Assembly: GCF_000143415.4 (NCBI RefSeq)
Contig: NW_003314298.1
Location: 603,014-667,013 of the forward strand
DNA: 64,000 nucleotides
Direction of reading: 5' to 3'
DNA from: Selaginella moellendorffii
Taxonomy: Eukaryota > Plantae > Lycopodiophyta
Of the stretch, positions 45,720 through 58,084 are shown one piece after another (positions within the stretch are counted from its first letter, which is position 1; each line of letters begins with the position of its first letter). The position numbers and the translations under genes were made by a program. Under the pieces are notes generated by a model. That model was not told the DNA's origin, searched no databases, and was given only the letters and a program-made list of their open reading frames with translations.

Positions 45720-48306
45720 CTCCCAACAATCCGCCTCTATCCTTCGCTAGAACTGAGGAAGACGCTCCGATACCAAATTGTAAGCCACAAATTTTTCCTT
45801 TCCAATTTGCCAGCTTACCTCGTCTATCCGAAAAACTCTGCCTTGGCTTGTGCTAAGTTCCCTCGCCAAGGTTCCCGCCTATGGTACCAGCTCCTACTTG
45901 GTCCTACTTGGTTTCAGCTACTCACTGCATGAGTAACGGAGTGTTAGCCATCCATCTACGGATTCCCAAATCTCTCCCAATCCCCCTCCTCGGGTTAGAC
46001 TGGACTTAAGGTTCGGCTACACTCCAGGCACAAGCAGCCAAGCACACCAAGCCTCCAGATTCCTAACACCCCTTGGTACCACAAGGTTTAATCATGGGAC
46101 CCTCTAAATCCCAAGCCTTGGGTGCAGCACTTGCTTCGGGACGTCAGGGCAAAACACTGTGGCCTAACGGCCCAGTATGGGTACCTCTACTCCCCCACTT
46201 CCATCCCGAAGGGAAGGCCCAAGCCCCTAGGAAGGGCGAGGACCAATGAGCCACAAGGTACTCAAGTGGGGCACCACTCCACATGAGCCGGGAGCACCGC
46301 AGTCGGTTTCCCTTTCGGGAGTGGGAGCTGCTCTTGAGCACTTCCCTGGGTGGCCCCTCCGGCACCACTCAAGCCCATGCTCACTCCCACCCAAGGCCCC
46401 TCGGCCCCAGTCTCAACCTCAAGTCAGTTTGGAAGCACCACTGGAGAGTTCCTTCAAGACTGGTTCCTGGACCTCACTATCCCTACTATACTTTTGGAAC
46501 CCCCTGCAGCCCCACCCCCCCCTTGGGAGACGCACGCTTTGGGCTTTCACCCCTTGACCCGTATTAGTATTTGGACTTAATCTCTGGCTCGATCTCGGAC
46601 CCGATTTCGGATTCGATCTCGGACTCGATCTCGGACTCGATCTCGGACCCGATCTCGGACCCGACCTCAGACCCGACCTCGGACTCGGTCTCGGACCCGA
46701 TTTCGGATCTCGGACTCCGTCTTGAACTCGGTCTCGAACTCGGACTCGAACTCGGTCCCCGAGTCGGTCTCGAACTCGATTCCGGACTCTATCTCGAACT
46801 CGGTCCTAGAGTCGGTCTTGGACTCGATCTTCGACTTGGTCCCATCCGATGAACTCTTTGTCATTTTGGTCATGCTTTTGGGGTTCCTTTAGCCTACGAC
46901 ACTTCGGCGGGTTGGTTCCTTACACTCCTCAGCACACTGGTATGGTGAAGATGGCTGCTCAGCAGGCTGTGGCAACGAATGTTGGTGCTGCTCGGCAGGC
47001 TGCAACGGTGGAGGCTGCTACTGCTGAGGCTGGTGTTGCTCGGCGGTCTGCTCCATGGGTGGTTCGTAAAAAATGTTGTGCCCCTACTCAATGGATGGTG
47101 GATTTGTAACCGTCTCAGGATTTTCAAGAATATCCTGCATCAGCGAAATGTGATCGTCCACTAGAATTGTTGTACTTGGAGACAGAGATTGTGCTGGTGC
47201 ATGCGGTGGTGATGGTGGCAAATCCGGCTGCAGTGAGCTAGGAGGCTACAAGCTCTTCGTTGATGGCTGTGTAGGTGCCAAACTCTGCTGCCGTTTTGTT
47301 TTGGATCTAGAAGTTCTCGTTGGTTGTTGTCGTCTCGGCACTATATGCTGGATTGTTTGCACATCACTGTCATCACTATCAATCTGTGGAGGCGCAATGT
47401 TTCTTCTGCCTTGTCCCCATGTCTTTCTTTGTGGAGTTGCTATTGTCTTTCACTGGACCTTTTTCTTCTCGGTATTCATCAAGTGTTCTTCAGCTTGGCA
47501 CTTTGAACTTTTTGTGACTTCATGCTGTGGAGGCAGAGGTGGTGGACTGTAGACCACTATGGCTTGACTTCTATGCGTGATGATGGCTCGGACATACGGT
47601 AGTACCAGTGTCCTCACACATTTCTTCGCGTTGAGTTCTCCTGCCACCTTCTTAAGTTCCCTACGAAACTTCGGGATCACATATCCTGCTAAATCCACTT
47701 TCTTCCCAGCTTGAAGATCCTCATAAATGAAGGCCACAGATCTGCTCACTGTCGTGGCAGTCTTCCAAAATTCCAGGTTGAGAACAAGGAACTTGAAGAT
47801 TTTGTAGAGCTCGTCCTTGACGTTGGAGAATTGCAAACTAAGCACTGAGTTGTTGTGCGTGGAGCAGAGACTGGCTCGCCTTCGTCTAGGAGACATAGAG
47901 CTGTTGCCACCTCCAAATCTTCAAGTTCAACTTGGCCGGTGGCGAGATCCATCAAGTGAGCCTTCTCGTTGCTCACTTGATTCATGAGATATTCTGCCAT
48001 TCGTTCTGCAAAGTTGAAGAGTCCGTGAGTGCGAGTCCAACACTTAACATCGTCATTGAATTGCCACTCAAGATTTTAAGAAAGGATGACGGTTTCTGTC
48101 TGGGATGTTTGCTTGGTTTGCATTGTGTCGACTCTTCGGTGCTGTTGAGAATGCTCTTGTACCTGTGATGCAAATAGAGGAAAAGATATGAGCACTCTTT
48201 CTATTCTTGTGAACACACTCTTTTTGTTTCTTTTGTGGGCACTCTCTTTTCTACTTGCTTTCTTCTTGTTTCTCTTGATTGGTGTGTTTCTTAGAATCTG
48301 ATACAC

Positions 48307-50800
48307 TCATTTGAGATGAGTGAAAACACCTAACTGACGATCACTCTCTAGCACTCTTGTGATCTCAAGATTTGCTTGCAACATTTTCCTTGCTGTAATT
48401 TCTTCTGCAAAATGCCCTCCAGAGCAACTAGCATGGGCCTCTTCTAGTAACTCGTATGTCTCTTCTTGTGAACATACACATCTTCTTAATATATTATCAT
48501 GTCCAATTCTATAGAGTCTTCCTCCGACGATTGAGTATCGTCGTGTCCTCAAGACAAATTGTTTCCTTTGATCTTGTGTGGTACATGATGTGGGAACCTT
48601 TGTAGTTGTTAAATAATTAAAGATTTCTTGAAGTGTATCATGGGTGGTAATCTTAAAAAGATGTGAATCAGGTAAGTCATCATTAGGATCTTGTATATTT
48701 TCTTCGGTTGTAATTCTATTGAGATGATCAGCTTGTTCATGGTATTTGCTTGGTTTGTGAACTATTTCGAAATTGAATTCTTGTAATAACAAAAACCATC
48801 TTGCTATTCGTCCGCTAAGGATGGGTTTGTTGAGTAGATGAATCAATGCTTGATGATCAACGAATATTTTGACGTTGTTGGAAAGTAAATAATGTTTGAA
48901 TTTGGTCAAGGCATATATCATGCCTAAGGCTTCTTTCTCTGTGGTTGTATAATTCATTTCAGGTGGAGAAAGTCGTCAACTTGCATAATATATGGGGTGA
49001 TCACGATGATCATCTTTTATTTGGCAAAGAATTGCTCCTAATGCATAGTTAGAGGCATCAACTTGTACGAGAAATTCTTGAGTCCAGTTTGGTTGGACCA
49101 GAATTGGTGCCTGTGTAAGTTTTTCTTTGAGTACCAAGAATGCCTACTGACATTCTTGAGTCCAGTGATAGAATTTGTCTTTCTTAAGTAACTCAGTTAA
49201 TGGTGTAGTGACTTTGGCATAGTCCTTGATAAATCTTCTATGGTAACCCATCTTGCCCAGAAAACTGCACAAGCTTTTAAGATCATGAGGTGGTTGCATT
49301 TTCATAATGACGTCGGTTTTAGCTTTATCGATTTGAATGTCTTGAGTGGAAACAATGTGGCTAAGTAGTATGCCTGATTTAACAAAGAAAGTACATTTTT
49401 CAGGATTCAGAGCAACTTGGTTTTGTCTGCATTTGATAAAACATTTTTTAAGGTATTCAAGGTGTTTGTTTTTAGGTCCAAAGACAATCCAAATGGCATT
49501 CGCATGTATGCGTATGCTCCCCATGGACTTATGAAAGTTGTTTTATGTTGATCCTTGACAGTTATATGTACTTGATTGTAGCCTGAAAAACCGTCAAGAT
49601 ATGAGTACATCTCATGTCCGGCAACGGCATCAAGTATTTCATCTGAAAATGGGATGGGAAAGGCATCTTTTGTAGTGGCATCATTTAACTTCTTGTAGTT
49701 TACACAGATGCGTAATTTCCCATTTTTCTTGGGTACAATGACTAAAGGTGATAGCCATTGGGCATTTTGTATTGGATATATGAATCCTGCTTCAAGGAGC
49801 TTGTTAATTTCAGCTTTTACTTTCTCAGCAAATGTTGGATTCATCCGGTAAACAGTTTGTTTAACAGGTTGAATTCCTGGAAGTAATTTGATTCGATGTG
49901 TATATAATTCAGGTGGTATACCCTTGAGGTCTTTATATGACCATGCAAAGACATCTTTATACTTAGTAAGGAGCATAGTAGCCTTAAGTTTAAAAGGTTT
50001 GTCGAGTTGTGTAGCTATTAAGATGTTTTGTGGGTTTGAGGGAACCTCTAGATTTAATTCTTCAATATCTTCATTGATATTTACACGAAGTTTGAATTCT
50101 TGATTTTCAATGGTGAGTGCTAGTTCGTCTTGTATATCTAGATGATATTCTATAGGTTTTAGTTGTTCAAGTTATATCGTTAGTCTTGCTTTTTGTATGG
50201 TGGTTTTTATTGTATGTTTCTTCTTTAAATTGGGTTGTTTTGAATCTTCATAGCCTTGACACTTGGTTATAGGAAGTATCCTGTTGAGGTCAATTTCTTG
50301 AATTGCCTTAAGTTTAGGATATGCTTCAAATAATATAGCTTCTTCAAGATCATCTAAGCCTTCTTGCCAATTGTATTCTTGAACTTGTGTTGGTCGAAAA
50401 CTTCTTGAGATTTTCTTGCTTGTCAATATTGATATTTTAGTTTGTCCTTGTTGGGATTGGATACATATCTCATATTCCATCCCATACTGTGCAGAAACAA
50501 CTTTATTAAGCCAAGGTTTGCATAACAAGATTTTGTAAGAAGATTCTTCAATCGGCATTTTTAACACAACAAAGTTAACTTTAAATTTATGTCCTTTGAC
50601 TGTCATAGAGACATCACGAATGATGCCTGCTAGTCTGACAACTCTTTGATCAGCCATGCGTACATTGAATTGTGCAATTTGTATATTGCCCAATCCTAAA
50701 GCTTTGCATAGTGCATATTCGATGATATTAACCCCAGAACCTCTATCGAGGATAACTCTTTCAATATGATTTTTGCTGATATGTATGTTGATACAAGGTA
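48307..50800 (-). pseudogene. Pol (protease, RT, RNase H, integrase N-terminus) of the outer gypsy element
   Basis: VILDRGSGVNII (PR), KKNGKLRICVNYKKLN...YLDGFSGYNQV...MPFGL (RT, YxDD segment deleted), NYTTTEKEAL...VDHQAL (RH), and EAHASCSGGHF followed by truncation. Confidence 0.9.
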
Positions 50801-50897
50801 CATTATCATCATAATCACCAGGTTGGATTCTTTGAGCTTATTCTTGTTGTGTTGGTTGAGATTGGTGTTTTTCTTGTATACGAGCTTCAGGGATCCT

Positions 50898-52661
50898 TCA
50901 ATTACATATTTTCAAGATTTGGTCTTTCATATATAGTGCTATTTGCAGTATTTGTTGTAGGGTTAAAGTAATTCTCTGTTGTAGTATGTGCTCGGCAATG
51001 GTTATATGCTCATCTTGAGTAAAGCTTAATACTTGAGTTTGGTTGTCTTGATTGTATATTTGATCATTAATAATTTCGGGATCTTTGTTTTGAAGCTTTT
51101 GTTGAATGGTGTTAAGTATTTTCTTACTCTTTTTCCACTCAGTATTCTCGATTTCTAATGCGTGATCACTTTCATCTTGTTCTTCATAATTATCAGGTTG
51201 TTGACATTCATATTGTGTTCTTGTGATTGCCAGAACTTCTGGTTCTTCAGTCCTTAATTGTTCTTCATCTTCTATAGCAACTGCTGCTTGAATTACTCGT
51301 GCTGTTGATGGTCTTCCACTAGGAGCTTGATTGACTCTTTGGTTTTGTGGATTGTATTGTTGTCGAATTTGATTTTCTTGTGGTTGATTTTGTCTTGGTT
51401 GATAATTCTGTTGCGATGCTTGATTGTTGTAATTATTATATTGCCTTTGTTGGCTTTGGTTGTAGTTGTTCCATTGTGGACGTTGATAATTGTTTTGGAG
51501 TCCATTGTATCGTTGTTGGTTGTAATTGCCTCTATAATCACCTTGTCCTTGATCATAGTTTTGATTTTGTGAGGGATTATATCCACGATTATATCCTTGA
51601 TTATATTGTTGATTATCTTGGTAATAATAGTTTCTTGGTGGTCTTTGTTCTTGATTGTTGTTTCCTTGATAATTTTGTTGTGGTGTTCCTTGTTGAACAT
51701 TTTCCACTCTTGAAACTTCAGTGGTATTCCTATATCGACAATTCTTGGCTATATATCCTTCTCTATCACAAATCTGACATTTGGGTGAATGAAATTTACA
51801 GTCTGAAATAGAATGTCCTTCATTTTTGCATTTTGTACAAAAGACTCCTTGTTTAAGTTCTGTTGAAGCTAACTTCTTCAATACATGTTTAATGTCTTTT
51901 CCCTGTGTCTGTTTCTTTTTGGTCCTGATTAGTATTTCTTCCTCTTCATCATCTAAGTCATCATTAATATGAGAAGATTCACCTTTAGTGAACTGCTTAA
52001 AACGTTTCTCAAGTTTTAAGATTCCTTGAGATAGTGAATCAACACTTTCTTCATCTGGTGTATCAGCTAATGCGATCATGTTGCGATAGGCTTCTCGTAA
52101 TCCTTGTATATAAGACAAACTCTTGCCTTTGTCGGTGATGAGATCTTTACATTTCTTTGCATGTAATTTGAATCATCTAGTATAGTCTTGTATTCCTTCC
52201 TTTGGTCGTTGTTTTATATTCTTAATGTGCTCATAATGCTCCTCTGGTGTTCCTCTAGCTGGGAATTGTTCCTTGAATTGTTCAAGTTTTTTGTCATGTG
52301 GTACAGAATCCTCTAGTGTATGATACCACTCAAGAGCTTTTCCTTTAAGTGTGTATGGGAAAAGTATGTCTTGATGATGTTCTTGATTGTTCATTTTGAC
52401 AATCTGGTTGAATTGTTTTACATGTAATTCTGAATCTTTTGACTTACTTCCTGTGAAAATTGGATATGTAACCATGCTTCCAATTGTACTCATCGGATTG
52501 ATGATTGCCATAGGTGGTTGTAGATTTTGTTGGTTGAGTTGTTGTTCTGGTGAGTCCCGATTTGAGTAATCTGGTGCTATGTATTCTGCTTCTTCAAATG
52601 CCTCAAACTCTGGGCCGTCTTTGATATTTAGTTCTTTGTTATTTTTAACTGGGTTGCTCAA
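50898..52661 (-). pseudogene. Gag of the outer gypsy element
   Basis: FPYTLKGKALEWY, KQRPKEGIQDY, CTKCKNEGHSISDC/CQICDREGY zinc knuckles and an N/Q-rich tail. Contains stops and a frameshift. Confidence 0.85.
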
Positions 52662-53172
52662 CTCGGCAACTTGAATTTGTTTATCCTCTTTGTCGTACTT
52701 GTTTAAAATCGTTTCTAAAATTTGTTACTATTGTTGTTCTAATTTCTCTTTTACTACCTTTTCCTTTTTCACTTCTCGATTCTTTTGTCGAAGATCTCTT
52801 TCTCGGATCTTGATTGGGTCTGGTTTCTGTTTGTACATTCAGTTTGCTAAGTCTTCTCAACTTGAATGTCAAGGTAAGTTTCCTGAATTTGTGTTCTGCC
52901 TAAATTGTCTTGAGTCAATTGTTGTTCTTCATAGATTGCAAAGTCAAGCTCTTACGTCTTGAGTCTGTTGCAAGTTTTGATTTTATAGTATAAATGCGAA
53001 GTCAAGCTTTTGTGTCTTGAGTCTTCAATTGAGTTTTTTTTTCTTTCTCAATTCTTCCCAAGTTTCTTCTCGAGGTCACTTTCCTGAGTCTAGCTTAGGA
53101 AAGGTCTTGTATTTGGAAAATCAGATGGTGTAAGTATGCACTATTTTGTTTGTTGGAAGGAGGCATGTTTTG

Positions 53173-53820
53173 TCATAAATTGATTGATTTAGCTGTTTGC
53201 TGGTAAATTTTGGATATTACTCGCCAACTTTGGGATCGAGCAGGTATGCAAATGATTGCAATTCTCTCTACTAGTCCAATCTTGAATAATTGTTTTAATC
53301 TCTTACAGTGTGTTAGTTGTTTTCGAATGCGAGCTCTCACCATGAACTTTTGTGTTTCCCAATCTTTGGTACGATTTGAAAATGCTGAATATAGCAGTGG
53401 TTGTATTTTTAATGTCCTGTATGTTTCTTGTCTCAAGTGACGTCCACACATCAAAGTATGGATTCTAACAAATTCTTGTTGCTTTAAGCCTACGTGTGCT
53501 CAAATCTATCTAGTGTGCTTTTCTCTATGGTTGATTTCATGATGGTGCATTTCCCTAATGCTGAGTCTTACTTTTGCTTGCTTACAAGTGTTGCATCGCC
53601 ATTTTGGATAGCACTGCTTGTATGGTTTTGCACAATTTCTGAATCCACACAAAAGGCAATCCTCGTATCTTGTACAGCTTGTGTCTCCAAATGGGCAGTC
53701 GTGCTTTTTCATTCTTCCTCCATCACTAGCCGCTAGAATTTTTCTTTGGTTGTTTCCTTGTCGTTGATTCTTGAAATATTTTTTTTCTTCAACCTCTCGT
53801 TAAAAGCGATTTCGCTCACA
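53173..53820 (-). pseudogene. Cys-rich 5' extra ORF between the PBS and gag
   Basis: ORFs 53506-53712 and 53173-53454 are in the same frame, separated only by TAG/TGA. Cys cluster HDCPFGDTSCTRYEDCLLCGFRNCAKPYKQCYPKWRCNTC. Confidence 0.55.
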
Positions 53821-55407
53821 CTCCAAGTCTTCCACGACTTAGGTGGCTTCAATCTTCAAGTGTTTTTTATGTTTTCATGCTTGTTAACACTTGCTTTCTC
53901 TGATTTCTTGTCGGAGATTCTTCAAATATTTTGATGTGCAAAATATTCTTCGTCATCAACCTCTCACCAAGAGGCAGTTATGGAAGATGCTTGGACTTTC
54001 TAAGAAGCAGGGGATCACTAGATGATCGTAGTCTTCAAGCGCTTGATCTCTAGCATGTTTGCCATGCTTCTTGCTGTAGATTTTTGTCGATTTTCTTCTT
54101 TTTGTCTCTTTTTGCTTTTCCCTTGATTCTTGACTTCGGCTTCTTCTTTTAGTTGTGGCTAAGGCTTCTAGTATTTGTTCTTTGGGTGCTCTTCACTTTG
54201 CCTATCCCACCGTGGTCGCCAAAGTGGAGAACTACAAAATCACCTCTACAATGATCTTGTGAATCCTCTCTAATCTAAATTAGATCCAAACATAAAAAAG
54301 AAAGAAATACTTAACCATGTGTTGTTGCAAAGATGTTGATGTTGAGATTGATGCACATCTCACAACCTTGATCCCCAGAAAGCAGTGAGTAAGATAGACA
54401 TGGAAGAGAAAAGTAGATGTTGAACAAGTGGAGTATATGTTATTATGGCCAAGGATATAAAAGACAGAAAGGGGATAAGTCTGGCATGCTATCACCAGCT
54501 TATATAACCACTACATGCCCAGTCATCCAAGTCAGGAATTTAGACCGGAAGAAATCCTAATCTCAATTCCTAACTCAGGAAATGCCTTTATGAGAAAATC
54601 ACGATGCAAAATGCATGTACCTCTCTACTAGTGGGTTATGGTGTGCAAGCTGGAGGATGGTTGCCCTTGCACAACGTTTGTTTGCCCACAGACATGCAGA
54701 TTTGACCCCCGTCATAGGGCACATATTGATAACGTGGTCAGACATCTTCGACTTTCTCGAGGCACGTCAGGCAAAAGTAGAGTGCTCGCTGGATTTTCAG
54801 TTTAACCTGCCGGCCAAGTTCAACAAGGAGGCAATGATGGCCTATGCAGCAAGTTCCAAGGATCCTCCTGTTCCTTGGCGGTTGTATACTTCAAAACCGC
54901 AGGTTGACAGTGGCAATGTGGACGTTGTAGAGGACGTTTTCGGTGGTGCACATGGAGCACCACTGGAGTGCTTTCCATGTCCAGAATTCTAAGTTGTCTT
55001 GAGAATTTCATCTAAATCCAGGGCCCAATGTCAAGGTCCATGTCAAGGATCATCACCAGTTCTGAACAAATGCCAGTGCTCGCCATCACTGGAGCACTTG
55101 GCCAGTGAATCGAGGTGTGAGTAAGGAGTCGGATGCTGCAACAACCGAGAATGGAGTTTGTGACGTGCTTTGTCACTCTTTCTCAATATTATAAATCGCC
55201 GAGCCTAAAAATTCTCGAGACCTGGTTACAATCTGCTGTTTAAATTTGACGTGTCAGCAAACTTTAAAATTTTTTAAAATATATTGTGGAACATAAAACA
55301 GCAAAAATTACCATGCATCACAAGAACAGCCTCCTTTGAAACAGTGAAGTTGCTCACCGTCTTGACCAAGATCCTCTTTCTTTTCAGAAATCACTTTTTC
55401 TGAGGCA

Positions 55408-56200
55408 TCACTCTGCACATCCATATGTTATTACTGACAAGAACATTCGGTTTGTGAGATTATTGAAGCAATGATATGCAATTGCAATTTGTTGCAATTG
55501 GCGTGCCAAAAGTTCTCTTCTTTCACATACCAACCTCATGAGCTCACCTTGTATTTCATTTATATTAGGATGAGACCAATCCCCCACACGAAATGGGTGC
55601 ATCTTTCCACCAGGCTTAAATGAGAGACGCTGGGCAGCCAAGCCAATCCAAAGTGGACCTGAAAACTTTGGTCTTTGGTCTTTGGTTCAGGGGATGGCGC
55701 TGAAAATAGAGTTCATTGATGAGTCTAACTCGGGGATTGCCAATTCTTTCGGCGTAGACCAAAGAACTCCGTTTGCATGTCCACTTTGGCCATCTCCCAG
55801 TGTCTTTCAAAAGTCCAATTCTGCGTGAGATCGATCTAGACCCTAATGCCCATTGAAGAAAGAGCTTTGTAAATGCGAAGCTCCCAATCTGCCCCAATTC
55901 TATTCACAATTTTCAGGCAATTATCTCAAAAGATCATTTTGGCTGGCAATTAGGGCAGAGATCTTGATTCATTGATTTTAAATTTGCAATTGTTACTTTT
56001 ATACATACAATGGTCTCTCAATTATACATTGCATAGTAAACTCTACAAAACAAAGGTGGAGTTTGCTCGCGATCATTGCGTTCCAGACCATTGTATCGTG
56101 CCAGGGTATCCACGAGAAGACGTGATCGGCACAGCGGAGGTCTCCCAGCGGCGACATACAAGAAGAGAAAAATCCAGAAGCACGCAAGATTATTTGAATA
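55408..56200 (-). pseudogene. PPR (E/E+/DYW-type) pseudogene fragments
   Basis: ADHVFSWIPWHDTMVWNAMIA and FRVGDWSHPNINEIQGELMRL...IAIAY. Confidence 0.6.
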
Positions 56201-56727
56201 ACAAAACGAAACCTATCTATCAGATACGGTGCTCGTGCATGAAATTTGTGACGAAACTCTAGGCAAAGAATGTCACGTCCTCTATTTCACAGCGCTTGGC
56301 TTAGAAAAGTTTCAGTATAATGATTTTTTGAAGTGTGAAATCAAATTCTGATCCACCATCTGATACGCAATAAAATCATTGATATGCTTACCTAGAGGAG
56401 TCGCTTTTCAAAATCGATCAGTTCTTTCCATCTCGTTCTTGCCAATCTTCTGTACAACTTGCATGAGCGTGTCACATTGACCACCACTCGAAGTTCTACA
56501 GAGGATTGGCAAGAATTAGAACTGATGGATTTTGAAATCAAGTAAACATATCAATGGAAGACGGATTTTATTGCGTATTAGATCAGGTGGATTTGAGTAC
56601 ATTTCACGCCACACAATATAGTGAGTTGGCAATAGGTCACGAACGTATCCATTCTCCCTGTCTCCATTTTCATAATATCGGTGCCCAGAAATGGCGTGCA
56701 GGTTTTACAAAGCAAGAGCAGCCTTAA

Positions 56728-56975
56728 ATGTACTCTAATAAACATACTTTGTTTATTCTAGTCAATATGTTTGACTACTTGCGGAGAAGTGGAACCAATG
56801 CAAGTGGACGAGCCCGCATGAGCGTGAACCCAAGCCCCTTGCCCACGTCCACCTCTTTACCATCCGGTGTTCTCCAGTTGAACTTGAAAAGAAGATTGGC
56901 AAGAATGAAATGAATAACAGTCATCCCCAAGTTCATTGGCAGGATCGCTGGCCAAAGCCAAATGTCATGAGTCAT
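56728..56975 (-). pseudogene. Partial duplicate of the cytochrome P450 3' end and 3' flank
   Basis: Near-identical to ~60385-60620. Encodes ILANLLFKFNWRTPDGKEVDVGKGLGFTLMRARPLALVPLLRK*. Confidence 0.85.
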
Positions 56976-58084
56976 GATGAGTGACTTAGGAGCAGTTATG
57001 GTTAAACTAAAACATAAGTTACCAAGTGATGGAGAATGATGTTGAGAGATATGATGGTAAGAGTCAATAAACATGATGTTTGCCTATTTAGGTATTAAGC
57101 TTTTAAGCATAAAAGTGGCAAGAGGATGATGGATTGACAATGTATACAACCATGCAACACAAACCCTCAAGTAAGCAACAATCAAAAGTCAAAAGTCAAA
57201 GTAGCATATATAGTGTTAGATAAAATGCAAAACATCACGGATGAGTGGACAAAACTTGTCAAGTGAAATGCAATAAGGATGATGCTACTATCAATATCAA
57301 AATTGGTGATGCACCTCGAAAAACCAGGTACTTCAAAGGCATTTCTTTTATGTCATGAACTTTTTTGTTCCCTTAGAAACTGAAGAAAAAAAAAGAGTGA
57401 TGTTTGTTTCTTTGAAGATAAAAATGATAGTTCCAATGATGAATTAGGTTGGTTGTAGATAGAAGTGATTGACTATGTTTGTGACGTGAATTTATGAAGA
57501 TAATGTTGAACATTGTAAAAATAAGTATATGCAAGTAATTTCAGTCGATTTAAATCAGTTATGGCCATAGAAGACGTGATAGATATGCACATAATAATGA
57601 GGACTTAATGTTTCCTTGCTATACTCTTAACTATTATGGCCTTGGAAAAAATACATCTACATCCAGAGGTAGTCGACTATGAATTGATATGGCTGATTTC
57701 ACAGGCAATGAAACTATCACTATGTGGATGTATCCCGCTGTACCAGCAATTTGCAAAAGAAAAGTGGTTGAAGATAATTGGATTTGAAGTTGTCCTAGCA
57801 GTACTAATGTATGATAGAGGAACATGGAGATATGTGTTAAAAGTTAGTCACTCAACTGTCATTGAAGAAGTTAGTCTAGAACCTCCTATTGTATTTTTCT
57901 GTCGCAAATTTTATCAAATTACACAAAGGACATAATATGGTTGGGTCAATTGAAGCCATTAAAACAGTGTTGAGATAATTGTTGTGGATAATTGTGGTTT
58001 AGATGCTACACTGAGATAATTTGTCTCATTCACTATGTATTTTGACCTTATTACCATTGATTAGCATGACAAGCATGACTATAA

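Larger units (their letters stand above)
42100..46924 (-). mobile_element. Nested chromovirus (Ty3/gypsy) deletion derivative, family B
   Basis: LTRs 42100-43265 and 45779-46924 (TGTAAG...CTTACA). TSD CTCCT at 42095-42099 and 46925-46929. iMet PBS at 45764-45775 and PPT at 43266. Gag is joined directly to the integrase core + chromodomain; PR, RT and RH are absent. Confidence 0.93.
41480..48123 (-). pseudogene. 3' extra ORF of the outer gypsy element, split by the nested chromovirus (pieces ~46930-48123 and ~41480-42099)
   Basis: ATG at 48123 downstream of a polypyrimidine-CAG acceptor (~48163). Reads through MAEYLMNQ..., KKVDLAGYVIPKFRREL... and a Q/H-rich tail that resumes on the other side of the CTCCT TSD. 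Confidence 0.65.
41046..54627 (-). mobile_element. Non-chromoviral Ty3/gypsy (Athila/Selgy-like) LTR retrotransposon, degenerate, with a nested insertion
   Basis: 403-bp LTRs at 41046-41448 and 54225-54627. TSD CCAGT/CTAGT (one mismatch). PBS TGGCGACCACGGTGGGA (54205-54221) is complementary to the tRNA-Arg 3' end. Domain order gag, PR, RT, RNase H, truncated integrase, without an additional RNase H. Confidence 0.9.
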
